DNA of 64,000 bases from Okamejei kenojei (lineage: Eukaryota): assembly GCA_035221665.1 (NCBI GenBank), contig CM069160.1, positions 8,432,001 to 8,496,000 on the forward strand, given 5' to 3'. A program made the position numbers and the translations under genes. The notes under the pieces are model-generated. The model saw only the letters and a program-made list of their open reading frames with translations, was not told the DNA's origin and ran no database searches. Of the stretch, positions 61,593-64,000 are shown in pieces (position 1 is the first letter of the stretch; each line of letters begins with the position of its first letter).

Positions 61593-61962
61593 TGTCCACC
61601 GCTACACAACCGTGACGCCGTTAGTTGGGCAAGGCGGTTGCCAGTTTCCACTTGCCAGTCTCGCCCAATGTAGAGGAGGCCACATTGGGAGCACCGAAAG
61701 CTGTAGACGAGTAAATGGATAGGAAAGGTTTAGATGGATATGGGCCAAACTCAGACATGCATGGAGGACGATTGTGGATGGGACAACTTGGTGTGCATGG
61801 GCAAGTTGGGCCAAAGGGCCTGTTTCCCTGCTCACTGACCTATGAGGTTCAAGGAGATGCATAGCTCACTCGACCTTTCTCTCTCTGCTGATCCGGACCC
61901 TTCTCCTCTGCATCTCCTTCCTCAGGTCGGAGATCCTCCATCTCCCAGCGGCTCCCTGGACC

Positions 61963-62670
61963 ATGGCCGGGGATGGTCCCCGCTTCACCGTCCGCCCGTT
62001 CCGGGCCGGCGACTTGCTGGAGGCCCGCAGGATTTTCTCGCAGGGTGTGATGGACCTGCCTTGGCCCGCCTTCCGCCGGGCCCTGCTGTCGCCCGCCGCG
62101 TCCTGCCTCCTCCTGGCTGCCGGGGCCGCCGTCTACGTAGCCAGCTGGTCGTTGGCCTGGGCCGCTCTGACCGTCGCCGCACTGCTAGCCCTGCTCTACC
62201 TGGCCTGTCGCATGGTCTTTGCCCGCTGCCTGAGGGAGACGCTGGAGGCGGACATGGCGGACATTGAGGGGACGTACATGGGGAGGCCGGGGGCGGGGTT
62301 CTGGGTGGTGGAGGAGGAGGGGGGAGGCGGTGGGCTTTGGGGGATGGTCGCGGCGCAGGCGGCCGAGGGACAGCCGGGCTGCTGCCAGCTCCTCCGCCTC
62401 TCGGTCGACCGCCGATGCCGGGGCCTGGGCCTGGGCCGCAGACTGACCCGCCGGGTGCTGGAGTTCGCCCGGGACAACGGCTTCAGAGAGTGCGTCCTGC
62501 ACACTTCCACCTCCCAGCTTCCCGCCATCCGGCTCTACCAGGCCCAGGGCTTTCGGGTGACCAGGGAAGACGAGCCCATGCCCGGATCGGCCCTGCTCTC
62601 CTGGGTCACCAACATTTACCAGTGCGAGATGAGGCTGGACTTCTGGACGCCGGTAATTCCGGCTGAGTAG
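61963..62670 (+). CDS. NAT8/camello-like membrane-associated GNAT N-acetyltransferase (235 aa, single coding exon)
   Basis: Good Kozak ccATGG; acceptor ttcctcAG at 61925. N-terminal VRPF..DL..ARRIF..G, hydrophobic hairpin, DMADI..Y..FWV, GMVA, acetyl-CoA motif A RLSVDRRCRGLGLG, LHTS..Q..AIRLY...GF. Exact paralog (NAT8, NAT8L or NAT14-like) is not resolvable by eye. Confidence 0.9.
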   Translation: MAGDGPRFTVRPFRAGDLLEARRIFSQGVMDLPWPAFRRALLSPAASCLLLAAGAAVYVASWSLAWAALTVAALLALLYLACRMVFARCLRETLEADMADIEGTYMGRPGAGFWVVEEEGGGGGLWGMVAAQAAEGQPGCCQLLRLSVDRRCRGLGLGRRLTRRVLEFARDNGFRECVLHTSTSQLPAIRLYQAQGFRVTREDEPMPGSALLSWVTNIYQCEMRLDFWTPVIPAE

Positions 62671-64000
62671 GTCACGGGTCACGGGGTGGGTACATGTCAA
62701 TAAAGGAAACGCCCCGTGAAGAAAATGCCTCTGAGCTCGAAGCTAGACACAAAATGCTGGAATTACTCAGCGGGACAGGCAGCAACTCCGGAGAGAAGGA
62801 ATGGGTGACGTTTTGGGTCGAGGGCTTGTTTTCACTGGAATTTAGGAGGATGAGAGGTGATCTTATGGAAACATATAACGTTCTTGAAGCACTGGACAGG
62901 CTAGATGCAGGAAAAATGTACCCGATGTCGGGGAGTCCAGAACCAGGGGTCACAGTTTAAGAATAATGGTTAGGCCATTTAGGACTGAGATCAAGAAAAA
63001 CGTCTTCACCCAGAGAGCTGTGAATCTGTGGAATTCTCTGTCACAGAAGGCAATATCTGGCCTATTGCATATATTCATGAATATATATGACCCACTCCTT
63101 CACATTGTTCTATGTTTCTTCAGACTAGTCTAGCCTTTGACTAGTCTGAAGAATGGTCTCGACCGGAAACATCACACATTCCTTCTGTTCAGAGATGCTG
63201 CCTGTCCCGCTGAGTTACTCCAGCATTTCGTGTCTACCTTCGATGTAAACCAGCATCTGCTGTTCCTTCCTACACACGTGTGTGAGCTCATTGGTGTGGG
63301 TAAGGGGGGGGGGGGGGGGGGGGAGATGGGTGGGATGGGGAGGTGAGAAGTGGCGAACGGCACAAACATGAGGTTAACTAGTGTTTCCATGTGACCTCCC
63401 CATAGTTAGCTGACACAGTCGTCAGTGAACAACGTGGTATCTCAGTTTCACCGCGGGTCGTCCTTGAAATTGAGACGCATTTGTTTTTATTCACACTTGT
63501 GTAGAGATACTGGATTACACAAAGTAACACGCGGTTTTCAGTGGCTTTCGGTTGCGGAAATGAAAATAAACATATCTTGCTCTCACCCCTGCGAGATATT
63601 AAATATACCTAATTTGACATCTCGCCCTTCCTGCGGCACTCCTTCCTGGCTGTCCTTCCACACCGCGCCCACCTCGCTGCCCCTCTCTTCACCTTACCCC
63701 TCTCATGACGCTCCTTCCTTGATGCCCCTCCCAATGCGCTCCCTCCTCACCGCCTCTCCTGGGGCTCTCCCTCCACCGCGCCCCTACCTCGGCAGTCTAC
63801 CCTTGCAGAGGGAGGGTCAGGTAAGCGGGAGGTGCAGAGAGAGGGGGAGATTTGTGAGTATGTGGGAGGAGGTTAGTGTAGAGAGGGTGAGGTTGAATTA
63901 AATTTTGGGGGGTGGGGGGGTTAGGGGGCGGAATGTGTGGGGAGACAAGGCTTGAGAGAAGGTCTAGGGGGTGGGGACGGTGACATTTGGGATGTTTGAG

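Noticed and set aside
62185-62700. Antisense ORFs over the NAT8-like exon
   Set aside because: Shadow ORFs of a GC-rich coding exon with no independent motifs.

Overview
Vertebrate genomic DNA. The repeat content (HE1-type SINEs, CR1/HER1-type LINEs, Penelope-like fragments) points to a cartilaginous fish, probably a skate or ray; that is an inference. Most of the window is interspersed repeats, and there is one assembly gap (54173-54369). Two host genes can be supported. (1) A complete, apparently intact 7-exon MHC class I heavy-chain gene on the minus strand: leader 37618-37567, alpha1 33668-33405, alpha2 31702-31427, alpha3 20907-20632, TM 17714-17583, cyt1 13816-13787, cyt2 11895-11774. 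All introns are GT-AG phase 1, and the CDS is 1152 nt (383 aa). It keeps 8 of the 9 canonical peptide-anchoring residues (L at 123), which matches the published description of the chondrichthyan non-classical UDA lineage, and it has an X1-Y promoter module with exact 20-bp spacing. (2) A single-coding-exon NAT8/camello-like GNAT acetyltransferase at 61963-62670 (+). The most unusual observation is in the last class I exon. A 108-bp Penelope-derived insertion with a 12-bp target-site duplication sits there and supplies the stop codon from the CUGA of a hammerhead-ribozyme-like core, and in this copy the catalytic G8 position is mutated. The same hammerhead-like motif recurs in many Penelope-derived copies across the window. 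Other elements: two Tc1 (DD34E) copies, a 5'-complete Rex1/Babar LINE with nested insertions, Harbinger- and hAT-type MITEs, a solo LTR, L1/Tx1 3' ends and minisatellites. Exon boundaries were read by hand from splice motifs; repeat boundaries are approximate.
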